The position numbers were made by a program, and so were the translations under genes. Below the pieces are notes generated by a model. The model made no database searches, was not told where the DNA came from, and saw nothing but the letters and a program-made list of their open reading frames with translations. From NCBI GenBank assembly GCA_017648065.1, contig JAGCJJ010000007.1, positions 4,167-68,166 on the forward strand: 64,000 nt of DNA, given 5' to 3'. Source of the DNA: Kiritimatiellia bacterium (lineage in GTDB: Bacteria; Verrucomicrobiota; Kiritimatiellia; RFP12; UBA3636). This document shows positions 36,217-44,858 of this stretch, piece by piece; the stretch's first letter is position 1, and the number at the start of each line of letters is the position of its first letter.

Positions 36217-38484
36217 ATGCAACTAATTCATGGACAAAAGGTCGGACAACATAAGGTCATCGAATATATTGGGACCAGTGCTTTTGGCGAAGTGTATTCA
36301 GTAATTTTTGGCTCAACAAACAGGAAATATGCTCTGCATATTATTCCTGCGGATAGCGATATTACAGTTTTGCAACTTAACGAGTATATTAAGAAAATTC
36401 GTAAGATTCAAAGTCCATGCGTCGTAAAATGCTTTGCAGCAGGAGAGTCTGATGGATTTCGCTGGTTGCGTACAGAGCGTCCGGTTGGTCTCAAAGAACA
36501 AAATCTTTTTACGGATATTAATTGCAAAACACCAGAAGAAAAGAGTCGCAAGATTGTGTATGATCTTGATTCTCTTATTGCAGAGAGTGCAACTACTGGT
36601 GGCTTAGCAGGAGATGATTGCTCTTTGATTCTTTATGATGTTTTGGAAACAGTATCGAATTTGCATGCATACGATATGTATGTTGGCGATAGATTCTCAA
36701 ATCCATTTTTGGATAAGCTTCTTTCACCTGTAGGTGTTGTTGCACGAATCCCTATTATTATGTGGCCAGAGAATCAGGAAGCATCTTTAGCTGTCTCTGC
36801 TGATATTGTAGAGGCTGGCCGTCTTATCGAGAAGATTGTTAATGCTGTTGATGAAAATAATCGTAGTTGGGCAGGAGCCAAGCCAAGCTTACTTGAGCTA
36901 GCAGAAAAGGCTAAGAACTTAGATGGGTATGATGCTGTTTGCCAGTTGTATCTCGATGTTCTTGATGTTTTTTCAAAAAATGGTATTAAGTATTTTGGAC
37001 GTTGTGCAGTAGATGATTTTCTTCCTCATGCTAATACAAACCAAGAAAATGAATCAGCTGGTGAAGAAACTAATGAGACACAAACGAGTTCATCGCATGT
37101 TTCAAAAATTAAGTCTCATAAGCATAAGCGTAAAAGTGCTTTTAGCAAGCAGCGTAGACATTCATCTCAAAAACATGAAACGGTTAATCAACAACTATTC
37201 CGTAATTCAAAATTTGTTTTATTGATTGTTCTCATTTTAGCATTATGTGCAGGTATTGCATATTTCTTACATAAGCATGAAGAGAAAGTGAGAATTTCTC
37301 AATCTATTAATGTAAAAACAGAATATTCTGCTATTACAATAATTGGCGAAGATGCTGATGAACAGCAAGCAAGTAAGCTTCCTGATCTTGTTGAAGATTA
37401 TTCTGTTGAGCAGTTAGTTAGATATAAATCTACTAAACCGTTAGCAGCCGCTCGTTATTCAATTATGCTTTGGCATGGTTTGTATGGTGTAGAAGAGGAT
37501 AGAGAAGAAGCTAGAGTTCTTGTAGAGAAAAATAAAGAATATTATGATGAGCAATGCCAATACGATGCAGAAATAGATTTCTGGCGTGCATATTTGCTTC
37601 TTGTCGGTATTGGTTATGAACAACAAGAGCAACAGGCATTAGTAATATTAGATAAACTTGCAACAAATGGTAATGTTAAAGCTTGTTTGATGCTTGGTGA
37701 TTTTTATGCTCAAAAAACAAATGAAGCAAAGGAAGATAACGATGCTGTTGCAATGCGCTATTGGAGGCTTGCGATAAAAGCTGATTATGGCTTTAAGCGA
37801 GAATCAGTAGCAGCTATGAATCGTATTCTTTATTTTGTCTCAGAGGGCAGAGGCATGCCAAAGGAAAAGGAATATCCTGTATTCTTTAATGCAATAGAGC
37901 GCTACGCATCAGCAAACCATGTTCCTTCTCAATTTGTTCTTGCTCGTTTGAATTATGATGGCAAATATTTGACAAAGAGTTACGCTGATTCGGTTAAATG
38001 GTATCGTAAAATAGCAAATAACACACAGGTACATTTTGTTCTTCGTTCTAGCGCGATGGTTAGCCTAGGAGATATGTTCCTCAAAGGAGAAGCAAATCAA
38101 TCTACAGATGCAGCATATCATTGGTATGAGCGAGCAGCTGCACTAGGTGATGGTTATGCAATGAATAGATTGGTAAAGCTATATTCAAGTGATGTCCCTC
38201 GTAAATTTGCTTCAGAAGAGGAACGCATAAAAGCAGGTGATGCTTCATATTGGACTCAAAAGGCTACTGGAGTTGATCTAATTGATATTAAGGGTATTAC
38301 TGAGCCTAGTTATATGATATTTAATGACCAACAGCAGAAACTATACAAAGAACCAAAGCCAATGCCAATTACTGTACGAATACAATATGCTGGTACACGT
38401 GAGAATCCTCGTACAACAGAAATTAAAGAAGTATTCAGCTCTGTAAAGGTTGTTAAGAAAACTGTTCAAAAAACAAAAAAATAG
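36217..38484 (+). CDS. degenerate Hanks-type kinase-like (pseudokinase) domain - TM - Sel1-like repeat protein
   Basis: The N-lobe is IGTSAFGEVYSV...KYALHII, with His (36337-36339) where the catalytic Lys sits. HRD is replaced by VGD, and there is no DFG. A basic linker and a TM (FVLLIVLILALCAGIAYFL) follow. The C-terminal Sel1 repeats include MLGDFYAQ, AMRYWRLA, SVKWYRKIA and AYHWYERAAALGDGYAMNRLVKLY. Confidence 0.6.
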   Translation: MQLIHGQKVGQHKVIEYIGTSAFGEVYSVIFGSTNRKYALHIIPADSDITVLQLNEYIKKIRKIQSPCVVKCFAAGESDGFRWLRTERPVGLKEQNLFTDINCKTPEEKSRKIVYDLDSLIAESATTGGLAGDDCSLILYDVLETVSNLHAYDMYVGDRFSNPFLDKLLSPVGVVARIPIIMWPENQEASLAVSADIVEAGRLIEKIVNAVDENNRSWAGAKPSLLELAEKAKNLDGYDAVCQLYLDVLDVFSKNGIKYFGRCAVDDFLPHANTNQENESAGEETNETQTSSSHVSKIKSHKHKRKSAFSKQRRHSSQKHETVNQQLFRNSKFVLLIVLILALCAGIAYFLHKHEEKVRISQSINVKTEYSAITIIGEDADEQQASKLPDLVEDYSVEQLVRYKSTKPLAAARYSIMLWHGLYGVEEDREEARVLVEKNKEYYDEQCQYDAEIDFWRAYLLLVGIGYEQQEQQALVILDKLATNGNVKACLMLGDFYAQKTNEAKEDNDAVAMRYWRLAIKADYGFKRESVAAMNRILYFVSEGRGMPKEKEYPVFFNAIERYASANHVPSQFVLARLNYDGKYLTKSYADSVKWYRKIANNTQVHFVLRSSAMVSLGDMFLKGEANQSTDAAYHWYERAAALGDGYAMNRLVKLYSSDVPRKFASEEERIKAGDASYWTQKATGVDLIDIKGITEPSYMIFNDQQQKLYKEPKPMPITVRIQYAGTRENPRTTEIKEVFSSVKVVKKTVQKTKK

Positions 38485-38556
38485 TTGCTTTTATATTTCC
38501 GCCCTAATTTATTTTTGAGAGTTGATTTTTACTCATAGATTTAGAAAGTTGAAAGA

Positions 38557-39198
38557 ATGGCAAAAGGATATATATTTGATTTAGATGGAACTCTTTTAGA
38601 TACAGAACTCGTTTGGATAGAGGTGATGGAACGCTTGTTTGCTGCTCACGATATTTCTGTGTCACATGAGCAAGTTTTGAAAATTGTTTGCGGTCGAGCA
38701 GCAAGAGATATTTATCTTGATACTATAGCTCTTTCAAATGGTAAGCTAAAAGATGTTAATGCTATTGCGGATGAAGCATATTCATATTTTGAAGAAATGA
38801 AAGTTTCTTCCGATATTCGTATTGCCGGTTCTATCAAGCTATTAAAGCGTTTATCATTGACGGCACCAGTCTGTATTGCATCTGGCTCTCCTCGTAATGT
38901 TATTGAGGAGGGAATTAAATATATGGGAGTTGAAGAAAATGTTTCCTTTTTCCTTGGCTCCGAAGATTATTCTGATGGTAAACCAAACCCAATGGTGTTT
39001 CTTCTAGCAGCAGAGAAAATGGGCTTAAAGCCTGAAGAGTGTGTTGTTTTTGAAGATTCTTGTCCTGGCGTAACTGCAGCAAAACGTGCTGGTATGAAAT
39101 GTGTGGCTCTAGTTCTCCCAGATCATCCAAAACAAGATGTTTCTTTAGCCGATATTACACTTGATGATTTATCAAAATATACAGACGAGAGTTTATAA
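38557..39198 (+). CDS. HAD-superfamily hydrolase (beta-phosphoglucomutase-like subfamily IA)
   Basis: YIFDLDGTLLDTE (motif I), ASGS (II), GKPNP (III), FEDSCPGVTAAKRAGM (IV). Confidence 0.8.
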   Translation: MAKGYIFDLDGTLLDTELVWIEVMERLFAAHDISVSHEQVLKIVCGRAARDIYLDTIALSNGKLKDVNAIADEAYSYFEEMKVSSDIRIAGSIKLLKRLSLTAPVCIASGSPRNVIEEGIKYMGVEENVSFFLGSEDYSDGKPNPMVFLLAAEKMGLKPEECVVFEDSCPGVTAAKRAGMKCVALVLPDHPKQDVSLADITLDDLSKYTDESL

Positions 39199-39200
39199 TT

Positions 39201-40163
39201 ATGGCAAAAGCATGGATATTAGTCGGTCCTACCGCAACAGGAAAAACTGCTACAGCTAATGAGTTGGCTCGCCGCACAGGCAGCATACTCATATCTGCTG
39301 ATTCCATGCTTGTCTATAAAGGAATGAATATAGGCACAGCAAAACCAACAGCAGAAGAGCTTGTTGGAATTGATTTTCGTGGTGCCGATATAGTTGCTCC
39401 AGATGCTCCATTTAGTACAGGAAAATGGTTAGATGCAGCACGTGCCGCCTTTGCTGAGGCAGAGGCACAGGGGCGCAGTGTAATTGTTGCTGGGGGCACA
39501 GGCTTATATATCAGCGCATTACTTAAAGGTATTGATGCACCAGGTGCAGAGGATGAGGAACTCCGCGCAAAACTGAATGCAGAATATGCAGCTGGAGGAA
39601 TTGAGGCCTTGTGGCAGCGTCTTTCTGCTGTGCCTGAGGTTTTGGAAGCAATGGCAGACAAAGAGAATCCTCGTCGCGTGATTCGTATGATTGAAATGCT
39701 TGAAGCAAAAGGAGAGGATGCTGTGCGTAGCTATGCAGCACATCTTGCCTCTGATGAAAAGCTGACAGCAAACAATCAGCCAGCAATTGCAGGACTCTGG
39801 GCGGAGCCAGAGCTCTTAAAATTACGCATTGAAAAGCGTGCCCGCGAAATGTTTACAGGCGGGTTGCTTGATGAAGTAAAGCTCCTCCGCGAGCAATATC
39901 CGAATTTTTCTTCCACTGCAGGCTCAGGCATTGGCTATCAAGAAGCACAGGATGCTCTTGATGGAAAGTGCTCAGTAGAGGAAGCAATTGAGCGAACAAT
40001 TGTGAGAACTCGTCAGCTGGCAAAGCGTCAGCGTACGTGGTTCCGTAATCAGAATAATGTAAAATGGGTGTCAGCGCCCAATACGGCTATAGAAGTAAGT
40101 AGAGTTGCAGATAAGATCATGGAGGTTTGGAATGAATATGGCCCAGCTGAGGTTAAAGTATGA
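39201..40163 (+). CDS. miaA: tRNA dimethylallyltransferase
   Basis: P-loop GPTATGKT, SADSMLVYKGMNIGTAKPT, GGTGLYISALL, LAKRQRTWFRN. Confidence 0.9.
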   Translation: MAKAWILVGPTATGKTATANELARRTGSILISADSMLVYKGMNIGTAKPTAEELVGIDFRGADIVAPDAPFSTGKWLDAARAAFAEAEAQGRSVIVAGGTGLYISALLKGIDAPGAEDEELRAKLNAEYAAGGIEALWQRLSAVPEVLEAMADKENPRRVIRMIEMLEAKGEDAVRSYAAHLASDEKLTANNQPAIAGLWAEPELLKLRIEKRAREMFTGGLLDEVKLLREQYPNFSSTAGSGIGYQEAQDALDGKCSVEEAIERTIVRTRQLAKRQRTWFRNQNNVKWVSAPNTAIEVSRVADKIMEVWNEYGPAEVKV

Positions 40164-41046
40164 TGGTTGTGAGCAAAAAGTATCCATTTGTGATATTGCT
40201 CCCCATTCAAGAAAATCCCACCAATTAGTTAAACGAGAAGCACCATTTGTGGCAGCGTCCAGTTCTGTTAAGACTGTTGCGGATGCTACAGAAAATGCAG
40301 TTTATGGTGTAGAAAATTGTGTGGATGACAACCAAGAAAAATCGCAGGCATTGTCAACGCTGCCAGAGAATTTTCGTCCACGTGAGCGCTTGGCAAAATT
40401 TGGAGCAAAAGCTTTGTTAGATGAAGAGCTCCTTGCAATAATGCTGCGCACAGGTTCGCAAGGAAAGAATGTGCTCATGCTTGCTCATCAGCTATTAGAT
40501 TCATTTGGTTCGCTTCCACAGCTGATGAATGCCGGAGTAGAGGAGCTCAAAAGCTATGGAGGTATAGGTCAGGTAAAGGCAATAGAGCTTGCTGCTATGC
40601 TTGAGTTGTCGCGACGCGTCATGCTAGGTGATGTAGATAAGCGCAGTGTGTTTGACGATCCGGAGCATGTCGCGCAAAAGGTCAGACGAATCAAGGCATT
40701 ATCGCAAACAGAGAGCTTTTTTGTTTTCCCATTGGATAAGCGATGCCGACTCTGCACACAGCAGCCGATAGAGATTTCTTCTGGAACTCTTGATTCATCA
40801 CTTGTGCATCCTCGCGAGGTATTTCGTGAGGCAATCCGTTATTCCGCAGCATTAGTAATTTTAGCGCACAATCATCCTTCTGGCGATGCACGTCCATCCC
40901 GCAAGGATATAGAGATAACCAAAGAGCTTGTTGCTGCTGGATTGCAATTGTCAATTCCAGTAATCGATCATGTAGTTGTAGGTGATCCAGAGGTATATTC
41001 GCCAGGCTTTTATAGTATGCGCCGCGAAAATATTATATCATTTTAG
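40132..41046 (+). CDS. radC: RadC-family JAB/MPN-domain protein with N-terminal extension
   Basis: PRERL...LLDEELLAIMLRTG, an HhH-like GIGQVKAIEL, and the JAMM motif LAHNHPSGDARPSRKDIEITKEL. The start is ambiguous (ATG 40105, 40132 or 40138) and every option overlaps the miaA 3' end. Confidence 0.85.
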   Translation: MNMAQLRLKYDGCEQKVSICDIAPHSRKSHQLVKREAPFVAASSSVKTVADATENAVYGVENCVDDNQEKSQALSTLPENFRPRERLAKFGAKALLDEELLAIMLRTGSQGKNVLMLAHQLLDSFGSLPQLMNAGVEELKSYGGIGQVKAIELAAMLELSRRVMLGDVDKRSVFDDPEHVAQKVRRIKALSQTESFFVFPLDKRCRLCTQQPIEISSGTLDSSLVHPREVFREAIRYSAALVILAHNHPSGDARPSRKDIEITKELVAAGLQLSIPVIDHVVVGDPEVYSPGFYSMRRENIISF

Positions 41047-41148
41047 TGTGCGCCGTCTTGCTTATGTAAGCGTAGTGTTCGTGGTGCACACAACAATACA
41101 ATTTAATCTCAATTTATTTATTGGAAATAAAACAATCATACTTCGGTT

Positions 41149-41190
41149 GCGAGAGGTGCTGTCGCGACACGCTCCTCGCGCTCTTTTTTT
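41149..41190 (+). terminator. probable rho-independent terminator after radC
   Basis: An imperfect GC-rich hairpin GCGAGAGGTG...CGCTCCTCGC is followed by GCTC-TTTTTTT (41184-41190). Confidence 0.5.
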
Positions 41191-41315
41191 GCCTCTCGCA
41201 TTTCAAAACGCCTGCATTGACATGCATAGGACATGAGACGATAGACATTTTTTATTTAATTCTATCGAATATATTGCGAAGCACCGCTTCATATGCCACA
41301 GGCTTGCTTCATATC

Positions 41316-44024
41316 TTAATTCTGTACAGCCGAATTAAGATTTAGCTTTGCCTTTAGGGAGTGGCAACCAGGCTTTGTTGCCAAAGCTGTTGAGATTGCT
41401 TCCAGCGTTGCTATGACCTTGCCACGAAGTGGCTCGTTCAACTTCTGTGCAATCAATAGTGGAGCAACAACTACAAGTGCAACATATTCATTCAAATCTG
41501 CCAGCTCAAGAATTAACTTCTTTGTAAGTGCTAATCCTTCATCTGTCCATATCTGTGAATTGTTTGCTGTGAAGCCTCCATATAGTGCACGACTATGTGT
41601 AGGATGAGATGGAGAGAAGCTGCTGCTTTCTGCTTCTGCCTTTAGCTCTTCTATTGTGGCAGGGTGTGCTCCTGCTCCCAGTACCCCTAAATATGCACTG
41701 TATGCTGCAATGTGTGGACGACACATTGCGCCGAGTGAATCAATGACGTGTTTACGATATGGGCTGTTGCATTTGTTTAATGCTGATGCATATCCCAGTT
41801 TGTCTGTAATATTTGTGGCAGAGTCATAAGCATCGGCTATTGCTTTTGTGGCAGGGTCTGTACCTAGTGCTGCAAGCAGTTGCGCAATTGCTGCACGTAG
41901 TGAGCGCTGCGGAATCAAACGTGGAAGCTCGCTGAAGCATGGCTCTGCTTCGTCAGTTGTTGCTGCCTCTTGCTTTAATGCGGCAATAAGTGCTTCTTCG
42001 CCAATGTACTCTGCCACAGCCTTACGCAATGCCTTTGCTGCATTGTGACGCTTCTCTGGTGCATTCAGGTAGTCGCTTGAAAGAAAAGCTTCGCCAACTG
42101 TGAGCAGGCGTGCCTTAATCAATGTGGCAGGGTCTTTCAGTAGAATAGGGAATAGCTCTAGCCATTCTTTGCTTGGTGCATTGCCTTCAATGTAAGCAAT
42201 GCATTGTGCATCGGTGTACATGTGCATCAACTCTGCTCGCAGTACTTGATTGCTTGAATGCAATATTGCTGCACGCATTGCCTCTTGTGTGAGCGATGTT
42301 ATGGTTAAGCGACCAAAGAATGGGAGCTCCGGATGATAATCAACATATGCCAGGCGAGAGCAGTCGCATTCAATAGTTGGTGTGGCAGTGTGTATCTCAC
42401 CTGATGCACCTTGTGTCAGTGTGAGGATTGTATCCTGAGTTGGACCACATGCTGTACCATCGGCTGCGTATGGAGTAAATGTCATAGGAATTTGGCAAAC
42501 TACGCCTTCTGGAATTGCTTCGCCACAGAAGCGTGGTGCAGCGGTGTGCACAATGCTTAGCTTTGCAGAATCTGTTGGGTCTGGCTCCCAGCCAAGCGTT
42601 AGTACTGGATATGTGGCATAGTGCAGCCAAAAATCAAGTATTGAATAGATGTCACAATTCTCAGGTGCTTCTTCGGCAATGCATTGAAGAAATTCAGCGG
42701 TACTTGCATTGCCACCAAAGTAGCGTGCAAAATATTTTGTTGTTCCACGCTCGTATGCTTCTTTACCAATGATTTTAGCAAGAATATCCAAAACCTCAGG
42801 TGCTTTCACATATGTTGTGCCATCAACAACATCATCTGGATGATCAAAACCGGTGCGAACGATTCTGCCAGCGGCACCAGTTTCTGTTTCATAGAGCGGT
42901 CCGCGAGATGGGTTGCGTATGCTGTCCAGTTCGTATAGGCGCATGTGTTCAGCACCAAATACTTCTGCTTGGTATTCGCGTTCAATGTTTACTGTGAATG
43001 CTTCGTTAAGCCACATATCAAATGGGGTTGCCATTGTTACATCACTTCCACAATGATTGTGCTCAAATTCATGTACAATTACAGCATTTGCATATACCAA
43101 GCGCGTATCAGTGGTCCAGCGATCAATCACGGCAGCCTCTGTAATGATAGTTGTGTTACCCACATTTTCCATTCCGCCGAAATTAGATTTTTCCATGCAG
43201 ATTGTGCGATAGCATTCGCGCATATATTCGTAATTGAGGCGCTTTGCTTGCCACAATACTGCTGCTTTAAGAATTTCAAGAGGAAGCTTTGCTCCACTTG
43301 ATTTTCCTGGCGGAACAAGATATTCAAGCTTTACCTTGCGCCCATTAGGCAGCTCCACAAAGCTGCTCACTTCTTCCCATGTGCCGACTGCTGCAACAAA
43401 TAGGTATGGAGGCATTGGTATGTTATTAACATAGGTAATGCTCTTACGGGTAGGGTCTGAAGTAAGTACAACAGGTATGCCTTCTGGGTTTGTTTCTTTG
43501 CAAACATCACCATTAGAAATCAGATGTGTATAGGCAGCATTTGCTTCAATAGTTGTACGCCATGTGCATTTTGCTCTGCAATCATCAATAAATGGCATGA
43601 TACGTTGGAAGCCCCATTGCTGGCATTGAGAGATTATTTGCGGAGGAGCTCCTTCTGGAGCAACATCGTAATAAAGGCCTTCAAGAATATTGTCAGTTGG
43701 CTTACAAGTAGCAGCAATTTTAATATAGAATGTGATGCTATTGTCAACAGGAGAAGGGAAAAATAGTTCAAGCTTGTTTTCTTGCTTATTATATAAGAAG
43801 GTTATAAGCTCTGTATTTGTAAATTCAGGAGTAGTTGAAAATGTTACATTTGATATTGTCAAATCCTGTGCATCTAGAATAATGCTTGTCGCAGGTGCTT
43901 CAGGAGCAACAATTGTGAGGCATTCTGTTCCCTCTACATAGGTATCAAAAAAGCGTAATGATAAATCAACGTGTTTAATGGTAAATGGAGGATTAGGAAA
44001 ATCCTTTAGTTCAAATTTGTACAT
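41316..44024 (-). CDS. pepN: aminopeptidase N (M1 family, PepN type)
   Basis: The exopeptidase motif GGMEN, zinc motif HEFEHNH...WLNEAF (HExxH-X18-E), a PepN-like N-terminus (FTIKHVDLSLRF) and a long helical C-terminal domain. Confidence 0.9.
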   Translation of the reverse strand: MYKFELKDFPNPPFTIKHVDLSLRFFDTYVEGTECLTIVAPEAPATSIILDAQDLTISNVTFSTTPEFTNTELITFLYNKQENKLELFFPSPVDNSITFYIKIAATCKPTDNILEGLYYDVAPEGAPPQIISQCQQWGFQRIMPFIDDCRAKCTWRTTIEANAAYTHLISNGDVCKETNPEGIPVVLTSDPTRKSITYVNNIPMPPYLFVAAVGTWEEVSSFVELPNGRKVKLEYLVPPGKSSGAKLPLEILKAAVLWQAKRLNYEYMRECYRTICMEKSNFGGMENVGNTTIITEAAVIDRWTTDTRLVYANAVIVHEFEHNHCGSDVTMATPFDMWLNEAFTVNIEREYQAEVFGAEHMRLYELDSIRNPSRGPLYETETGAAGRIVRTGFDHPDDVVDGTTYVKAPEVLDILAKIIGKEAYERGTTKYFARYFGGNASTAEFLQCIAEEAPENCDIYSILDFWLHYATYPVLTLGWEPDPTDSAKLSIVHTAAPRFCGEAIPEGVVCQIPMTFTPYAADGTACGPTQDTILTLTQGASGEIHTATPTIECDCSRLAYVDYHPELPFFGRLTITSLTQEAMRAAILHSSNQVLRAELMHMYTDAQCIAYIEGNAPSKEWLELFPILLKDPATLIKARLLTVGEAFLSSDYLNAPEKRHNAAKALRKAVAEYIGEEALIAALKQEAATTDEAEPCFSELPRLIPQRSLRAAIAQLLAALGTDPATKAIADAYDSATNITDKLGYASALNKCNSPYRKHVIDSLGAMCRPHIAAYSAYLGVLGAGAHPATIEELKAEAESSSFSPSHPTHSRALYGGFTANNSQIWTDEGLALTKKLILELADLNEYVALVVVAPLLIAQKLNEPLRGKVIATLEAISTALATKPGCHSLKAKLNLNSAVQN

Positions 44025-44085
44025 TTGTAATTCCTGAATGGTTTTGTTGAAGAGGGAGTGGAGCGTAAGCTTGGGTTTGCTTATG

Positions 44086-44841
44086 CTATTCTACGCAATG
44101 AAGAGAAAAAGTTACTGCTGCTGCATCAATCAGAGGCATTTTTTTCTTGGCGTGATCTTCGCCCCATGGGTCGCAATAGAAAATATATTGATTGTCATGA
44201 GAGATGCCTGTGATTAAGCGAAGATGGCCACCATTAGCAGTAGGTGTGAGCTTTTCCTCTGGAGCAATACCGAGAATCATACCCCAAAGTACAGGCTTGT
44301 CTTCTTTAATTGCATTGCGAATAGATTTTGCAAATTTGCGCTTTTCTGAATTGCTAATTGTTTCGCGCAGAATAGAAATATCTGCATCTTTGAATAACTC
44401 AGCAAGATATATGTCATCATTAGTTTGTATTTGCAATAAAGGCTTGTTTTGCTTTGTGGCAATGCTGTTATATGCATTTACGGTTTTGCGATAATTCTTA
44501 ATGTTAAAATCTATGATAGGTGTGATTTTTACATTAAGCTCATCAGATCGCTCGTTAATTGCATCGTACATTGCTTGAAGGTCTGTTCCTGCATCATTTG
44601 AGGATTTGGCCCATTTTGCAATTGTTGCTTGGTCAACAAGCATATTTTTATATTCAAGAGCCATAGCAAGGGCAGCAGGCGCACATAAACCAGAGCCTTG
44701 CTGTTTGAGCATGGGAATACCTACAATGCGTATGTCTTTATTGTCAGGAATAAAGACACGCGCATTGAGAGGCAATAATGCTGCTGCGAAGATTACAGCA
44801 GCTATCAAATGCTTAACCCTTGCCAATTTCATGTAGTACAC
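44086..44841 (-). CDS. secreted papain-fold cysteine peptidase, C39-like (Peptidase_C39_2-type)
   Basis: Signal peptide, a Q-x5-C motif LKQQGSGLCAPAALAMALEY, and later GGHLRLITGIS...DPWG, consistent with a Cys/His/Asp triad. Alternative start at ATG 44832. Confidence 0.55.
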   Translation of the reverse strand: MYYMKLARVKHLIAAVIFAAALLPLNARVFIPDNKDIRIVGIPMLKQQGSGLCAPAALAMALEYKNMLVDQATIAKWAKSSNDAGTDLQAMYDAINERSDELNVKITPIIDFNIKNYRKTVNAYNSIATKQNKPLLQIQTNDDIYLAELFKDADISILRETISNSEKRKFAKSIRNAIKEDKPVLWGMILGIAPEEKLTPTANGGHLRLITGISHDNQYIFYCDPWGEDHAKKKMPLIDAAAVTFSLHCVE

Positions 44842-44858
44842 AATTTATTTTTGCCAAA

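Noticed and set aside
40132-41046. RadC/JAB protein as a marker of a defence or mobile island
   Set aside because: It is flanked by housekeeping miaA (overlapping) and convergent pepN. No partner genes typical of defence systems are nearby. It looks like the common chromosomal radC.
41148-41200. Perfect 9-bp long-range pairing TGCGAGAGG / CCTCTCGCA enclosing the radC terminator, as a possible alternative-structure switch or bidirectional terminator
   Set aside because: It lies in a convergent gene gap where simple termination suffices. The minus-strand direction lacks a U-tract, and there is no evidence for a regulated downstream gene.
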